Source: Candidatus Obscuribacteraceae bacterium
GTDB lineage: Bacteria; Cyanobacteriota; Vampirovibrionia; Obscuribacterales; Obscuribacteraceae
DNA length: 64,000 nucleotides
Direction of reading: 5' to 3'
Assembly (NCBI GenBank): GCA_044229845.1
Contig: JBGASG010000002.1
Coordinates: 608,001 to 672,000, forward strand
The notes under the pieces were generated by a model, which was given only the letters and a program-made list of their open reading frames with translations, searched no databases and was not told the origin of the DNA. Positions 1 through 9,735 of this stretch are shown piece after piece. Position 1 is the stretch's first letter; each line of letters begins with the position of its first letter. The position numbers and the translations under genes are program-made.

Positions 1-1
1 C

Positions 2-793
2 GAAGTGGGCAGCGCCGTCACTCGCGTCAAGCGCGGCGATCGCGTCACTCCAATTTTCATGCAGGGCTGGATTGCCGGCGAGTGCAACAAACGCGCCGCC
101 AACACCGCACTCGGTGGCGCCATCGACGGCGTTCTTGCGAGCGAACGTGTCTTCAACGAAGAGGGTCTGGTGCACGTGCCATCTAACCTTTCGTATGAAG
201 AAGCAGCGACTTTGCCGTGCGCCGCAGTAACTGCCTGGCATTCACTTTTTGAGAAACGTCCGATCGTACCCGGCGACGTAGTGTTGACTCTGGGAACCGG
301 CGGCGTATCGATCTTTGCGCTGCAACTGGCTAAGGCTGCAGGCGCCAAGGTGATCATCACATCCAGCAGCGATGAGAAACTGGAACGCGCCAAGAAACTT
401 GGTGCCGACATCTTGATCAACTACAAGAAAGAAGCAGACTGGGACAAGCCGGTGCTGAAGGCGTTTCCTGACGGTGTCGATCATATTATTGAAGTTGGTG
501 GCGCCGGCACACTTGATCGCTCGCTGAAATCAATTCGCATCGCCGGACAGATTAGTTTGATCGGATTGCTGGCACAGGGTCAGTTCGATGCCACCAAACT
601 TCTGATGAAGACGGCTTGCATGCAAGGCATCTTTGTCGGGTCGCGTGAGATGTTCGAGCGGATGAACAAGGCCATCGAAACTCACGAAATCAAACCAGTA
701 ATCGACAAGACTTTCAAAGTCGATCAGATCAAAGAAGCACTCGAACTGATGGTCGGCGGCGGACACTTTGGCAAAATCGTCCTGAAATTCTAA
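2..793 (+). CDS. NAD(P)-dependent zinc-type alcohol dehydrogenase-like (MDR family) oxidoreductase, 5'-truncated by window edge
   Basis: EEAATLPCAAVTAW, TLGTGGVSIFALQLAKAAGA nucleotide-binding motif, C-terminal GGHFGKIVL. Confidence 0.9.
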   Translation, partial: EVGSAVTRVKRGDRVTPIFMQGWIAGECNKRAANTALGGAIDGVLASERVFNEEGLVHVPSNLSYEEAATLPCAAVTAWHSLFEKRPIVPGDVVLTLGTGGVSIFALQLAKAAGAKVIITSSSDEKLERAKKLGADILINYKKEADWDKPVLKAFPDGVDHIIEVGGAGTLDRSLKSIRIAGQISLIGLLAQGQFDATKLLMKTACMQGIFVGSREMFERMNKAIETHEIKPVIDKTFKVDQIKEALELMVGGGHFGKIVLKF

Positions 794-831
794 CCGCGGC
801 CGAGCGGCTGGGGGGGGCTTCTGACGCCGCC

Positions 832-981
832 TTGGAAAAAGTTGTTCTATACGATAACAAGGTCGCCGGTGGCAATAACTTTCGGCAGCGGCCGAAACGT
901 GCGCCACTACCGAGATACAGGCTTCCTAACCAACGAGGACCCGTCTATTTGGCAGTTATCGTATAGAACAACTTTTTCCAA
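832..981. repeat. 27-bp perfect inverted repeat pair enclosing 96 bp (MITE-like)
   Basis: ttggaaaaagttgttctatacgataac (832-858) is the exact reverse complement of gttatcgtatagaacaactttttccaa (955-981). Confidence 0.85.
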
Positions 982-1036
982 AGGCGCGGATTGGACCACT
1001 CCGACACGATATACAAGGGATAAAATCAGGAAAAAA

Positions 1037-3127
1037 TTAGTGGCGCGGTAAAATTTTGCCCGCGCGGCGCACAGCATCCGCCTCGGCAACGCGTCCGTCG
1101 TCGCGCAATGCGCGAATGTATTCATCGAGCGCCCACTTATAGAGAACGCTGTCGGTGTATCCGCGAGAGATTCTGCGCACCGCAACCATAGCCACGGACT
1201 GCGCTTCTTTGTAATTCCTGATCTCGCGCAGATAGCGAGACTTCATGACCAGCAGTTTGTCTTGCCTGCCCAGAGAAGCACGGTCGTCCCACTTGATCCA
1301 CGCGGCTACAGCTTCGTCCACAAGTTTGATCGCCTTGGGATAATCACGCGCTGCCGCCGCCACGTGCGCCGCGGCTTCCAGAGCCTGCGCCTGTAGATCG
1401 AACGGCGCCTTCGGCAACAAAGCCACAGTTTGATCGGCTATGCGTGCTGCTTCAGTGTAATCACCCATCTGCGAATACAAATCGATTCCCTCGCGCATTA
1501 CGCCCAGGCGAAACTCATCTTCCGGCGCATATTGTTTCTCACAAACTTTTGCCAGGTGCTGGAAGTACTTGCTGGAGTCTTTAAAATTGCCGCACCACAA
1601 ATTTGATCGACAGAGGCTCATCAGCGGCTCGGCGGATTCCTTGCTGTCCACGCCGTATTTCTTCTCGACCAACTCCAACCACTTCGTCAGGTAGGGCTGA
1701 GCCTCAACTTCGAAATTGTTCGAGTAATAGTTATTGCCCGCCTCTTTGTACGCGTCGATGAGACTGAGGTCACGCTTACTCTCCGGTCCCTTCATGGCGA
1801 TAGCGAATTGCGCGTCGAAAGCAGATTTGATATGCGGAGCCGTGTGCTGCGTGCGCATTTGTCGAATGTACAGCTTTTCCATCTGCCGGCACAAAGCGAT
1901 CATCTCGGGGGTGTCTGTTTGTCCGTGCTGCTGCATCCAGGCGAACGCCTTTTTGCCGGCCGCTTCAGCCTTGTCGTTGTTGTTCTTTGCGTCCTCAGCT
2001 TTGAATTCATCGACGAGTCGGGCAGCCATCTGACGGTCGTTCAACGGAATCGTGCTGGAATGACCGGCAAGAACGGCAATCACCACAACAAGCGCCACCA
2101 CAAACGGTGCCGGCGACATGCGTAAACGCAGACCGCGCATCATGCTGCGAAACGAACCCGACTCCGACTCAATGGAAGTCAGAACATCAAGTGCTTCCTG
2201 TATTGTTTGATAGCGCCGCTGCGGTTCTTTAGCCAGGCAACGAGAGATGAACTCTTGCAGTTCCAGCGGAATGCCACCTTCGGTAATGCGTTGCTGCACG
2301 TCGCTCTGAACGTGCTTGCTCATGATTTCGAATGCGGTGGTGCCGTCAACTGCTTTCTTGCCGCAAAGCATCTCGAAAAGCACGCAACCAAGCGAATAAA
2401 TATCGGTGCGCACATCCAGCGATTGACCGAGCACTTGCTCAGGGCTCATGTAGGAAGGCGTGCCGACCATATAGCCACTGCTCGCCACCTGTTCTTCCTT
2501 GTCGAGATCGAGCGTCTTCGCGAGACCAAAGTCGATCAGCTTGACGCGCTCGAGATCACCGGTCTTCATCACCATGATGTTGCTTGGTTTCAGATCGCGG
2601 TGAATGATGCCGCTGCGATGCGCTTCCTGCAAGCCTTCACCAATTTGCTTCGTCAGATTGATTGCGCGCGCCACGCTCATCGGACCTTCTTCGTTGAGCA
2701 CCTTGTTGAGGCTCTTGCCTTCAACAATTTCCATGACCAGATACGGTTGCCCGTTGCTGGTGATACCGAAGTCGTAGATGCGGCAAATATTGCGATGCAC
2801 GAGGCGACTGGCTAGACGCGCTTCGGTGCCGAAACGCTGGATCTTCTCAGCACTGGAGACAAGGTCTGTGCGCAAAAGCTTGAAGGCAACGGGCCGATCG
2901 AGTTCCACCTGATGAGCCCGGTACACCATGCTCGAACCACCCGCCCCAATCAGGTCGAGCACCTCGAATTTCTCGTCAATCAGTTTGCCAATCAGGGGAT
3001 CGCGTGTTATCGGCAACAAGATACTGTTGTCGTCACCGCAGGTTATTGAATCGTCGTCGGCAGCAAACCGGCGAGCGCAACCTGGGCAATACTTTTCTGG
3101 GGCGATCCCGTGCGGGCACATGGCCAC
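1037..3127 (-). CDS. Hanks-type Ser/Thr protein kinase with one TM helix and C-terminal TPR-like region
   Basis: IGAGGSSMVY, VAFK, HRDLKPSN, DFG, GTPSYMSPEQ, DIYSLG; TM FVVALVVVIAVLAG; helical repeat tail; N-terminal Cys-rich motif. Confidence 0.93.
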   Translation of the reverse strand: MAMCPHGIAPEKYCPGCARRFAADDDSITCGDDNSILLPITRDPLIGKLIDEKFEVLDLIGAGGSSMVYRAHQVELDRPVAFKLLRTDLVSSAEKIQRFGTEARLASRLVHRNICRIYDFGITSNGQPYLVMEIVEGKSLNKVLNEEGPMSVARAINLTKQIGEGLQEAHRSGIIHRDLKPSNIMVMKTGDLERVKLIDFGLAKTLDLDKEEQVASSGYMVGTPSYMSPEQVLGQSLDVRTDIYSLGCVLFEMLCGKKAVDGTTAFEIMSKHVQSDVQQRITEGGIPLELQEFISRCLAKEPQRRYQTIQEALDVLTSIESESGSFRSMMRGLRLRMSPAPFVVALVVVIAVLAGHSSTIPLNDRQMAARLVDEFKAEDAKNNNDKAEAAGKKAFAWMQQHGQTDTPEMIALCRQMEKLYIRQMRTQHTAPHIKSAFDAQFAIAMKGPESKRDLSLIDAYKEAGNNYYSNNFEVEAQPYLTKWLELVEKKYGVDSKESAEPLMSLCRSNLWCGNFKDSSKYFQHLAKVCEKQYAPEDEFRLGVMREGIDLYSQMGDYTEAARIADQTVALLPKAPFDLQAQALEAAAHVAAAARDYPKAIKLVDEAVAAWIKWDDRASLGRQDKLLVMKSRYLREIRNYKEAQSVAMVAVRRISRGYTDSVLYKWALDEYIRALRDDGRVAEADAVRRAGKILPRH

Positions 3128-3170
3128 ATACCTAAACCGCTACCCCAATATTATGCCCATCCGCGGCGTT

Positions 3171-4907
3171 TCAATCTTGGGACGTCGCTGATAGGTTCTG
3201 GCGTTCGATGAACTCAACGGCGGCAGAGATTGTCGGAAAAACGCTGTCTTCCGACAGGCGCTGCCCCAGACCGGTTTCTTGACTGCGAAACTTGAGCATA
3301 AACGTCTTCGGGCGGGCGAACAGAAGTTGTATGCCGCGTTTCTCCAGTTCAATAGAAAGTTCTTCTATCGATTTGGCGCCTGTCGCGTCCATCTGCGATA
3401 TCGATTCCAGACTGAGCAGAAACCATTTTGGGCATACTTCCGCCGTCTCGACAATCTGTCTGACGCGTGTTTTGAAGTAATCGCAGTTGAAGAACACCAG
3501 CGGTCCCTCGAACCGCCAGATGAGTATGGCGGGATCCGTTTTTGCATCCGGCGAGAGCGAGATGTCGTTGTATCCGTCCATCCCCGGTATCACACCCAGC
3601 GTTGTGTCCTCTGGTTTATAGATGCGCACCAAAACGATTATGAGCGCCAATGCGATCGCCACCGCCACACCGGGCAGAACTCCCAGCGTCAACACACCGG
3701 CCGTCGTCAGCAACGAGAGCCGCCACTCGAACGGGTCTATCACCTTCAGTTCTTTGTAGGAAGAAACATCTATCAGATGCCAGGCTGAATAAATCAGGAC
3801 GGCGGCGAGCGCCGCCAGCGGCAGTAGTCCCAGGGCCCCGGAAAGGAACATGACCACACAGGCGGTGGCAATTGCTGCCACCACCGAGGACAACTGCGTC
3901 TTGTTACCACTGTCCACATTGACGGCAGTACGCGAGTCGGCGCCAGTTATGGCGAATCCACCGGAGAATCCCGAAGCCAGATTGGCAACACCCAACGCCA
4001 GCATCTCGCGGTTTGCATCGATTGTCTGTCCGAGGCGGGCGGCGAAACTGCGAGCAGTCAACATGCCGCTCGTAAAACTGACAATCACCAGTCCCAACGC
4101 GCTGACGAGCAATCCTTGCCCGGCATGATAGCTGACCTGGGGGACAGCCAGGCGCGGCAAGCCGGCGGGCACGTGTCCGACCAGTTTGATGCATGACTCG
4201 GGACCCAGCAAATAATACGCACCGGCTGCGGCTGCTGTCAGCGCTATCAGCGAGTATGGAGCACGCGGAAAGAAGCGTTTTAACAGCAGGATCAGAACAA
4301 TGGTGGCAGCACCGACAGCAAGGCTCGGCAGGTGAAATTCTCGCATGCGGCTCACCAATTCGATGATAGAGGGAATGAAGTCGCTGTTCTGCAAAGCCAT
4401 GCCGAGTAGTTTCGCCATCTGCCCGACAATGATACTGGCCGCGACACCATTGAGAAATCCGATCAGAATTGGTCGCGCGAAGAAATTTACGATAAAACCC
4501 ATGCCGCGCCAGCCGCCGAGAATCATCAGCATGCCGGCAGTTAGCGATAATCCCGCTGAGAGGGCCACATATTTGACCGGATCGCCGAGTGCCAGGGGCG
4601 CCACCAGGGACGCCACCATCGTGCAAGTAGCCGCATCGGGACCGACGACGAGTTGTCTGGATGAACCGAGAAACCCGTAAACGACCACGGGCAGAATGCT
4701 GGCGTACAAACCCACCTCAGGCGAGAAACCAGCCAGTTGGGCATACGCCACTGCAGTGGGCACTTGCACCGCCGCCACCGAAACCCCGGCGATCAAGTCG
4801 CGCGGAAGCCACTCCAGCTTGTAGTGCTGCAAGTCGCCGACCAACGGACTGATTTTTGCGATCCCCACAGACTGGCGCCTCACGCGTAGGTCCCTTTCGT
4901 GTGGCAA
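3171..4907 (-). CDS. SulP family inorganic anion transporter with STAS domain
   Basis: DLIAGVSVAAVQVPTAVAYAQLAG, GSSRQLVVGP, SRTAVN, and STAS-type RFEGPLVFFN and MDATG motifs. Confidence 0.93.
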   Translation of the reverse strand: MPHERDLRVRRQSVGIAKISPLVGDLQHYKLEWLPRDLIAGVSVAAVQVPTAVAYAQLAGFSPEVGLYASILPVVVYGFLGSSRQLVVGPDAATCTMVASLVAPLALGDPVKYVALSAGLSLTAGMLMILGGWRGMGFIVNFFARPILIGFLNGVAASIIVGQMAKLLGMALQNSDFIPSIIELVSRMREFHLPSLAVGAATIVLILLLKRFFPRAPYSLIALTAAAAGAYYLLGPESCIKLVGHVPAGLPRLAVPQVSYHAGQGLLVSALGLVIVSFTSGMLTARSFAARLGQTIDANREMLALGVANLASGFSGGFAITGADSRTAVNVDSGNKTQLSSVVAAIATACVVMFLSGALGLLPLAALAAVLIYSAWHLIDVSSYKELKVIDPFEWRLSLLTTAGVLTLGVLPGVAVAIALALIIVLVRIYKPEDTTLGVIPGMDGYNDISLSPDAKTDPAILIWRFEGPLVFFNCDYFKTRVRQIVETAEVCPKWFLLSLESISQMDATGAKSIEELSIELEKRGIQLLFARPKTFMLKFRSQETGLGQRLSEDSVFPTISAAVEFIERQNLSATSQD

Positions 4908-5006
4908 TTAATTTAGCGCATATGCCGCATCTTTGGATCTGAAACCTTCCGCTGGCGACTCTCGTCTATGCCACGGTCCAGCTAATCGAAAACCGGAGAC
5001 AGAAAC

Positions 5007-5243
5007 ATGGTCACAGAAGAACTGAACAACGCCCAGGATCCAGACGCCAACCTCGGCGCCGTTGCCGAAGAGGATGATGAGATCAAACATCGTGCCGGCA
5101 ATGAAACGTCGAATGAGCCGCTGCCCGGCGAACGCGCGGAACAGCCCAGCGACAAGTCGGGTCTCCCCGCCGAGCAGAAGGAAAGCGAGGAGCGTAAGAA
5201 GCACGAGCACAAGAGCGACGGCTCCAGCGGCTGCAAACACTAA
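5007..5243 (+). CDS. Small hydrophilic hypothetical protein (78 aa)
   Basis: ATG preceded by GGAG; acidic/charged composition; followed by a hairpin. Confidence 0.5.
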   Translation: MVTEELNNAQDPDANLGAVAEEDDEIKHRAGNETSNEPLPGERAEQPSDKSGLPAEQKESEERKKHEHKSDGSSGCKH

Positions 5244-5278
5244 GTTCGGCGAGAGCCGCCCGCTGCTGGAAAGACAGT

Positions 5279-5309
5279 GAAGCCAGGCGCCCATGGGGCG
5301 TCTGGCTCA
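5279..5309 (+). terminator. GC-rich hairpin after the 5007-5243 ORF
   Basis: tgagccaggcgccc / gggcgtctggctca inverted repeat with one G-U pair; no strong U-tract. Confidence 0.45.
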
Positions 5310-5527
5310 TTGATTGGATTGGACACTAACGTACTCGTCCGCTACATCGCCCAAGATGATCTTCAACAATCCGCGAAAGCCACCAAATCACGTTAGTCGA
5401 AATTGTTTGGGTATGCGAAAGCTGCTATGCCGCAACGCTGGTAGCCGCTGGCAGCACAGCCACTGTCACATTTGATAAGAAAGCCGCGAAAGCCGGCATG
5501 ACTCTTCTGAAGCAATCGCTTAAGTGA
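5310..5527 (+). pseudogene. vapC: VapC/PIN-domain toxin remnant (frameshift and internal deletions)
   Basis: Hand translation: TTG at 5310 gives MIGLDTNVLVRYIAQDDLQQSAKATKSR*. A shifted frame from 5387 gives ITLVEIVWVCESCYAAT-LVAAGSTATVTFDKKAAKAGMTLLKQSLK*. These match the N-terminal, middle and C-terminal segments of the DTNVLVRY-type VapC. Confidence 0.75.
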
Positions 5528-5557
5528 AGAAACGCCTCCCGGGTGGGAGGCGTTTCT
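5528..5557. terminator. Probable bidirectional intrinsic terminator
   Basis: 13-bp perfect stem agaaacgcctccc-gggt-gggaggcgtttct between convergent units. Confidence 0.75.
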
Positions 5558-5585
5558 CTCGAACTTATTGCTCGGGTACCAGAGA

Positions 5586-6791
5586 CTAGCCGGCGGCGCC
5601 GACTGTAGCCAGTGCCGTCGGTGCGCCGGTGGGCTTGCCGTTGGCATAACGAATACCAAGGGCATCTTGCGCAATGATCAGGCGCTGAATTTCGCGGGTG
5701 CCTTCGTAGATGTTGAGCACTTTGGCATCGCGGAAATAGCGTTCCACAGGATACTCATCCGAGAATCCGTAACCACCGAAGATTTGCACTGCGTTGTGGG
5801 CAGCGCGGTTGGCTGCTTCGCCGCAGAACAGTTTGGCGATCGAGGTCTCCAGTGAGTTGCGCACGCCCTTGGTCTTCAGGTGCGCGGCGCGCAGATAGAG
5901 CAGGCGACCGGCTTCGCAGTCTGCCACCATGTCGGCGATCATGGCTTGCACTTGTTGGTGCTCACCGATCGGTACTCCGAAAGTGCGGCGCTGCATGGCG
6001 TACTTGGTGCACTCATCGATGCAACCTTGCACCAAACCGATGGCGCCGGCGGCTACGGAAAAGCGACCATTGTCCAGGGCGGACATGGCGACGGCGAAGC
6101 CATCACCGACTTTGCCGAGGATGTTTTCTGCCGGTACGCGAACGTTATCCAAGAAGAGCGACGATGTGTCGGAAGCGCGCAGACCAAGTTTGCCTTTGAT
6201 CGGTTGCGCTTCGAAGCCTTTGGCTTTGGTGTCGACGATGAAGCAGGTGATGCCTTTGTGTCCGAGTTTGGGATCGACGGTGGCGAACACCAGCGCATGC
6301 GTGGCGATCTTGCCGCAGGAGATCCAGGTTTTCTGACCACTCAACAGATAGTCGTTGCCATCTTTGACGGCGCGGGTCTGCTGGTTGGCGGCGTCACTGC
6401 CGGCTTCCGGTTCGGTCAAGCCGAAGCAGCCGAGAAACTCGCCGGTGCACATTTTGGGCAACAAAGCTTTCTTCTGCTCCTCCGTTCCCCACTTCAAGAT
6501 GGTCAGTGCCACCAGTGAAGTCTGGACGGAGAACAGTGTGCGGGTCGAGGAGCAAATGCGGTTTACTTCCTCGGTCATCAAGCCGTAGGCGATGTAGTCC
6601 ATGCCGAGACCGCCGTATTTTTCCGGCACCGGGCATCCCAAGAATCCTTCAGCGAAGATTTTCTTGGCGACGTCCCAGTCGAACTTGCATTCGCGGTCGT
6701 TAGACTGAGCAACAGGAGCCACGTTGCGCTCCATAAACTCGCGCATGTGTTTGCGCATCGAAAGTTGCTCAGGGGTGAAATCGAAGTCCAT
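5586..6791 (-). CDS. Acyl-CoA dehydrogenase
   Basis: GCFGLTEPEAGSD, GQKTWIS, KLGLRASDT, QIFGGYG, IYEGTREIQRLII; start moved to MDFDFT (6791) with AGGAGAGG RBS. Confidence 0.95.
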   Translation of the reverse strand: MDFDFTPEQLSMRKHMREFMERNVAPVAQSNDRECKFDWDVAKKIFAEGFLGCPVPEKYGGLGMDYIAYGLMTEEVNRICSSTRTLFSVQTSLVALTILKWGTEEQKKALLPKMCTGEFLGCFGLTEPEAGSDAANQQTRAVKDGNDYLLSGQKTWISCGKIATHALVFATVDPKLGHKGITCFIVDTKAKGFEAQPIKGKLGLRASDTSSLFLDNVRVPAENILGKVGDGFAVAMSALDNGRFSVAAGAIGLVQGCIDECTKYAMQRRTFGVPIGEHQQVQAMIADMVADCEAGRLLYLRAAHLKTKGVRNSLETSIAKLFCGEAANRAAHNAVQIFGGYGFSDEYPVERYFRDAKVLNIYEGTREIQRLIIAQDALGIRYANGKPTGAPTALATVGAAG

Positions 6792-6805
6792 TTGAATCCT
6801 CTCCT

Positions 6806-8353
6806 TTACTCTTGGGTTGCATGGGTGTCGATTTGAGCTTTCTGCAACCGACCGGAGTAATCGACATATATAGATTTCCACTCGGTGAACTGATCGATGG
6901 CGGTGGTGCCGGCTTCACGGTGTCCGTTGCCGGTTTCCTTGACGCCACCGAACGGCAGTTGAATCTCGGCGCCGATGGTCGGAGCGTTGATATAGACGAT
7001 GCCCGACTCCAGTTCGTGCATGGCGTCGAACGCGCGGTTGACGTCTTGCGTATACATAGAGAGAGACAAACCGTATTTGGTGCCATTGGCGACTTCGATC
7101 ATCTCTTCGTAAGAGTCGACCGGAATCAGGTCTGTAACTGGTCCGAAGATTTCTTCTTGTTCGATGCGCATGCCTGCTTTCACATCGCCGAAGATTGTCG
7201 GCTCGTGGAAGCAGCCTTCGCCGAACTTGCCGTCCGTGAGAATGCGACCGCCGTGAAGCAGCTTGGCGCCTTCTTTCTTGCCAATCTCGACGTAGCTGTT
7301 CACCGACTCCAATTGCGACTTGTTCACAACCGGGCCGATGTCATTGGCCGGATCGAGACCATCACCGATCTTCATTTGCGCCGTGCGGGCAACAAACTTC
7401 TCAGCGAATTCTTTATAGCGCGATCTGTGGATGATGATGCGGCTGGCGGCGGTGCAACGTTGTCCGGCGGTACCGAAGGCACCCCAGACAGCGCCTTCCA
7501 CTGCCAGGTCGACGTCGCCGTCGTCCATGACGCAGATGGCGTTTTTGCCGCCCAGTTCGCAGGAGACTTTCTTCATCAGTTCGCCGCAACGACCGGCAAC
7601 GCGCTTGCCGACATCGGTGGAACCGGTGAGGGAGATGGCGCGAATATGCTCGTTCTCAACGAGGGTCATGCCGACTTTGCTGCCGGAGCCAGTCACGTAG
7701 TTGAGGACGCCCGGGGGCAATCCGGCGTCTACCAGAGCCTGCACAAACATCAATCCGCAAAGCGGCGTGTCGGTGGCCGGCTTGAAGACGACGGTGTTGC
7801 CGGCGACCAACGCAGGAAGAATCTTCCAGCTGGGGATGGCGACCGGGAAGTTCCACGGGGTGATCATGCCGACCACACCGATCGGTTGGCGGATAGCCAT
7901 GGCGAACTTGTTGCGCAGTTCAGACGGAACCGTTTGTCCCATCAAACGACGTCCTTCGCCGGCCATGAACTTCGCCATGTCGATGGCTTCTTGCACATCG
8001 CCGCGGGCTTCTTTGATCACTTTGCCCATCTCGCGAGTCATGACGCGCGCGATGTCTTCTTTGCGGGTCTCGAGCAATTGGGCCGCTTTCAATATGATGT
8101 CGGCGCGCTCGGGAGCGGGCACGCGCTTCCACTCTTTAAAAGCTTTGGCAGCCGCATCGCAAGCGGCGTTCACATCTTCCGGACCGGACGATGCGAAGTG
8201 ACCAATTACTTCTTTGAGGTTGGCCGGGTTGTAGCTGTCGAACGTTTCGCCGCTCTTGGCTTTCACCCATTTGCCGTTGATAAAGTTGTGGTGTACTTCA
8301 GCCTTGCCGGACTTGGTGTCAGTCTGCTCGCGGCTTTCTGTCTTGGTGCTCAT
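6806..8353 (-). CDS. NAD-dependent aldehyde (semialdehyde) dehydrogenase
   Basis: ITPWNFP, TGSTDVG, ELGGKN, GQRCTA (catalytic Cys), [18 protein letters not shown]. Confidence 0.95.
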   Translation of the reverse strand: MSTKTESREQTDTKSGKAEVHHNFINGKWVKAKSGETFDSYNPANLKEVIGHFASSGPEDVNAACDAAAKAFKEWKRVPAPERADIILKAAQLLETRKEDIARVMTREMGKVIKEARGDVQEAIDMAKFMAGEGRRLMGQTVPSELRNKFAMAIRQPIGVVGMITPWNFPVAIPSWKILPALVAGNTVVFKPATDTPLCGLMFVQALVDAGLPPGVLNYVTGSGSKVGMTLVENEHIRAISLTGSTDVGKRVAGRCGELMKKVSCELGGKNAICVMDDGDVDLAVEGAVWGAFGTAGQRCTAASRIIIHRSRYKEFAEKFVARTAQMKIGDGLDPANDIGPVVNKSQLESVNSYVEIGKKEGAKLLHGGRILTDGKFGEGCFHEPTIFGDVKAGMRIEQEEIFGPVTDLIPVDSYEEMIEVANGTKYGLSLSMYTQDVNRAFDAMHELESGIVYINAPTIGAEIQLPFGGVKETGNGHREAGTTAIDQFTEWKSIYVDYSGRLQKAQIDTHATQE

Positions 8354-8430
8354 ACGCTCTCCTGAACTCTGTTAGTTCGTTCGTGTCGTTGTTGGGGAAC
8401 TCAAACCTGATAGATAGTTGGTCAGATCGA

Positions 8431-9735
8431 TTACTTGACGCCGGCGATCGCCTTTTCGAGAATCGCCAGACCCTTGTCGAGGTCTGCGTCGCTGACGTTC
8501 AGCGGCGGAATCAGTCTGATCACGTGACCGCTGGTGCCGCAGGTGAGAACAAGCAATTTGTTCTTGATGCACTCGGCGGCTACCTTGTCTGCAATGTCGT
8601 GGCTCGGGCTGCCATCCGGCTCGTTGAATTCGATGCCGATCATCAGACCCAGTCCGCGCACTTCACCGACAGCCTTGTTGCCGGCGGTAGCTTTCTGCAA
8701 CCGTTCAACAATCTGCTTGCCGAGTTTAGCGGCGCGCTCAGGAAGTTTCTCGCTTTCCATCACATCGATGGTGGCAAGAGCGGCTGCGCAAGAAACCGGG
8801 TTGCCACCAAATGTGGAACCATGGCGTCCAGGCTGCCACTTCTGAGTGATTTCTTTGCGGGAGATGAAACCAGAAAGCGGCATGCCGCCGGCGATAGCTT
8901 TCGCCATCAACATGATGTCGGGTTCGACGTTCGAATGCTCGACGGCGAACATCTTGCCGGTGCGACCGAAACCGGTTTGCACTTCGTCGGCGATCAGCAG
9001 GATGCCGTGCTTGTCGGCGATATCACGCAGGCGCTTCATGAAGCTGAAGGGCGGGACGACATAACCGCCTTCGCCTTGCACCGGCTCAACTAAGAGAGCC
9101 GCGATTTGCTCGGGGTGAACCAACTGAGTGAACAGTGCATCGAAAGCACGAATGCACTCGTCGACCAGGGCTTCCGGATTGCCGCGGTGGCTGGAGCGGT
9201 ATTCATATGGGAAAGGCAGGGTGTAGATCGAACCCGGCAGCGGCTCGTACATTTCGCGGTAATAGAGCTTGCTGGTGGTCAGAGCCGTAGTCATGAGGGT
9301 GCGTCCGTGGAACGAACCCTTGAAGTTGACGATTGCCGGACGGCGAGTGACGTACCGCGCCAGCTTCAGGGCGCCCTCGACGGCTTCGGCGCCGCTATTG
9401 GCAAGGAAGACCGAGTCAAGTTTGCCGGGGGCAATCTCGGCGAGCTTCTTGGCCAGGTCGATGTAGGGCTTGTTATGAGTGACCACCGAAGTGTGCATCA
9501 ACTGTGCAACCTGCTTCTGGACCGCTTCCACGACCTTGGGATGGCAGTGCCCGACGCTGTTCACGGCAATGCCTGTCGCAAAATCGAGGTAGGCGTCACC
9601 GTTCATGTCATAGATGTACGACCCTTCGGCGCGCTCAGCGACAATATGCGCGGTTCTGGACAGAACCGGGTTCACATGCGCTTCGTCGAGCTTGAGGTAG
9701 GCCTCATTCTTGTCTGTTTTCGAAACCGTCACCAT
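8431..9735 (-). CDS. Class III PLP aminotransferase (4-aminobutyrate/5-aminovalerate transaminase-like)
   Basis: NSGAEAVEGALK, FHGRT, EPVQGEGG, DEVQTGFGRTG, AKAIAGGMPL, STFGGNPVSC; start moved to 9735 (AAGGAG RBS). Confidence 0.93.
   Translation of the reverse strand: MVTVSKTDKNEAYLKLDEAHVNPVLSRTAHIVAERAEGSYIYDMNGDAYLDFATGIAVNSVGHCHPKVVEAVQKQVAQLMHTSVVTHNKPYIDLAKKLAEIAPGKLDSVFLANSGAEAVEGALKLARYVTRRPAIVNFKGSFHGRTLMTTALTTSKLYYREMYEPLPGSIYTLPFPYEYRSSHRGNPEALVDECIRAFDALFTQLVHPEQIAALLVEPVQGEGGYVVPPFSFMKRLRDIADKHGILLIADEVQTGFGRTGKMFAVEHSNVEPDIMLMAKAIAGGMPLSGFISRKEITQKWQPGRHGSTFGGNPVSCAAALATIDVMESEKLPERAAKLGKQIVERLQKATAGNKAVGEVRGLGLMIGIEFNEPDGSPSHDIADKVAAECIKNKLLVLTCGTSGHVIRLIPPLNVSDADLDKGLAILEKAIAGVK

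Noticed and set aside
810..817. G8 homopolymer as a phase-variation tract
   Set aside because: It lies downstream of a stop codon between convergent genes, so there is nothing evident for it to switch
842..1051. 69-aa ORF across the inverted-repeat element
   Set aside because: No RBS or motif, overlaps the kinase 3' end, and is better explained as non-coding inverted-repeat DNA
6812..8365. 517-aa plus-strand ORF
   Set aside because: Antisense shadow of the ALDH gene with no motifs. The same applies to 5880-6518, 15898-16989, 17814-18965, 20363-21124, 42497-43489 and similar ORFs
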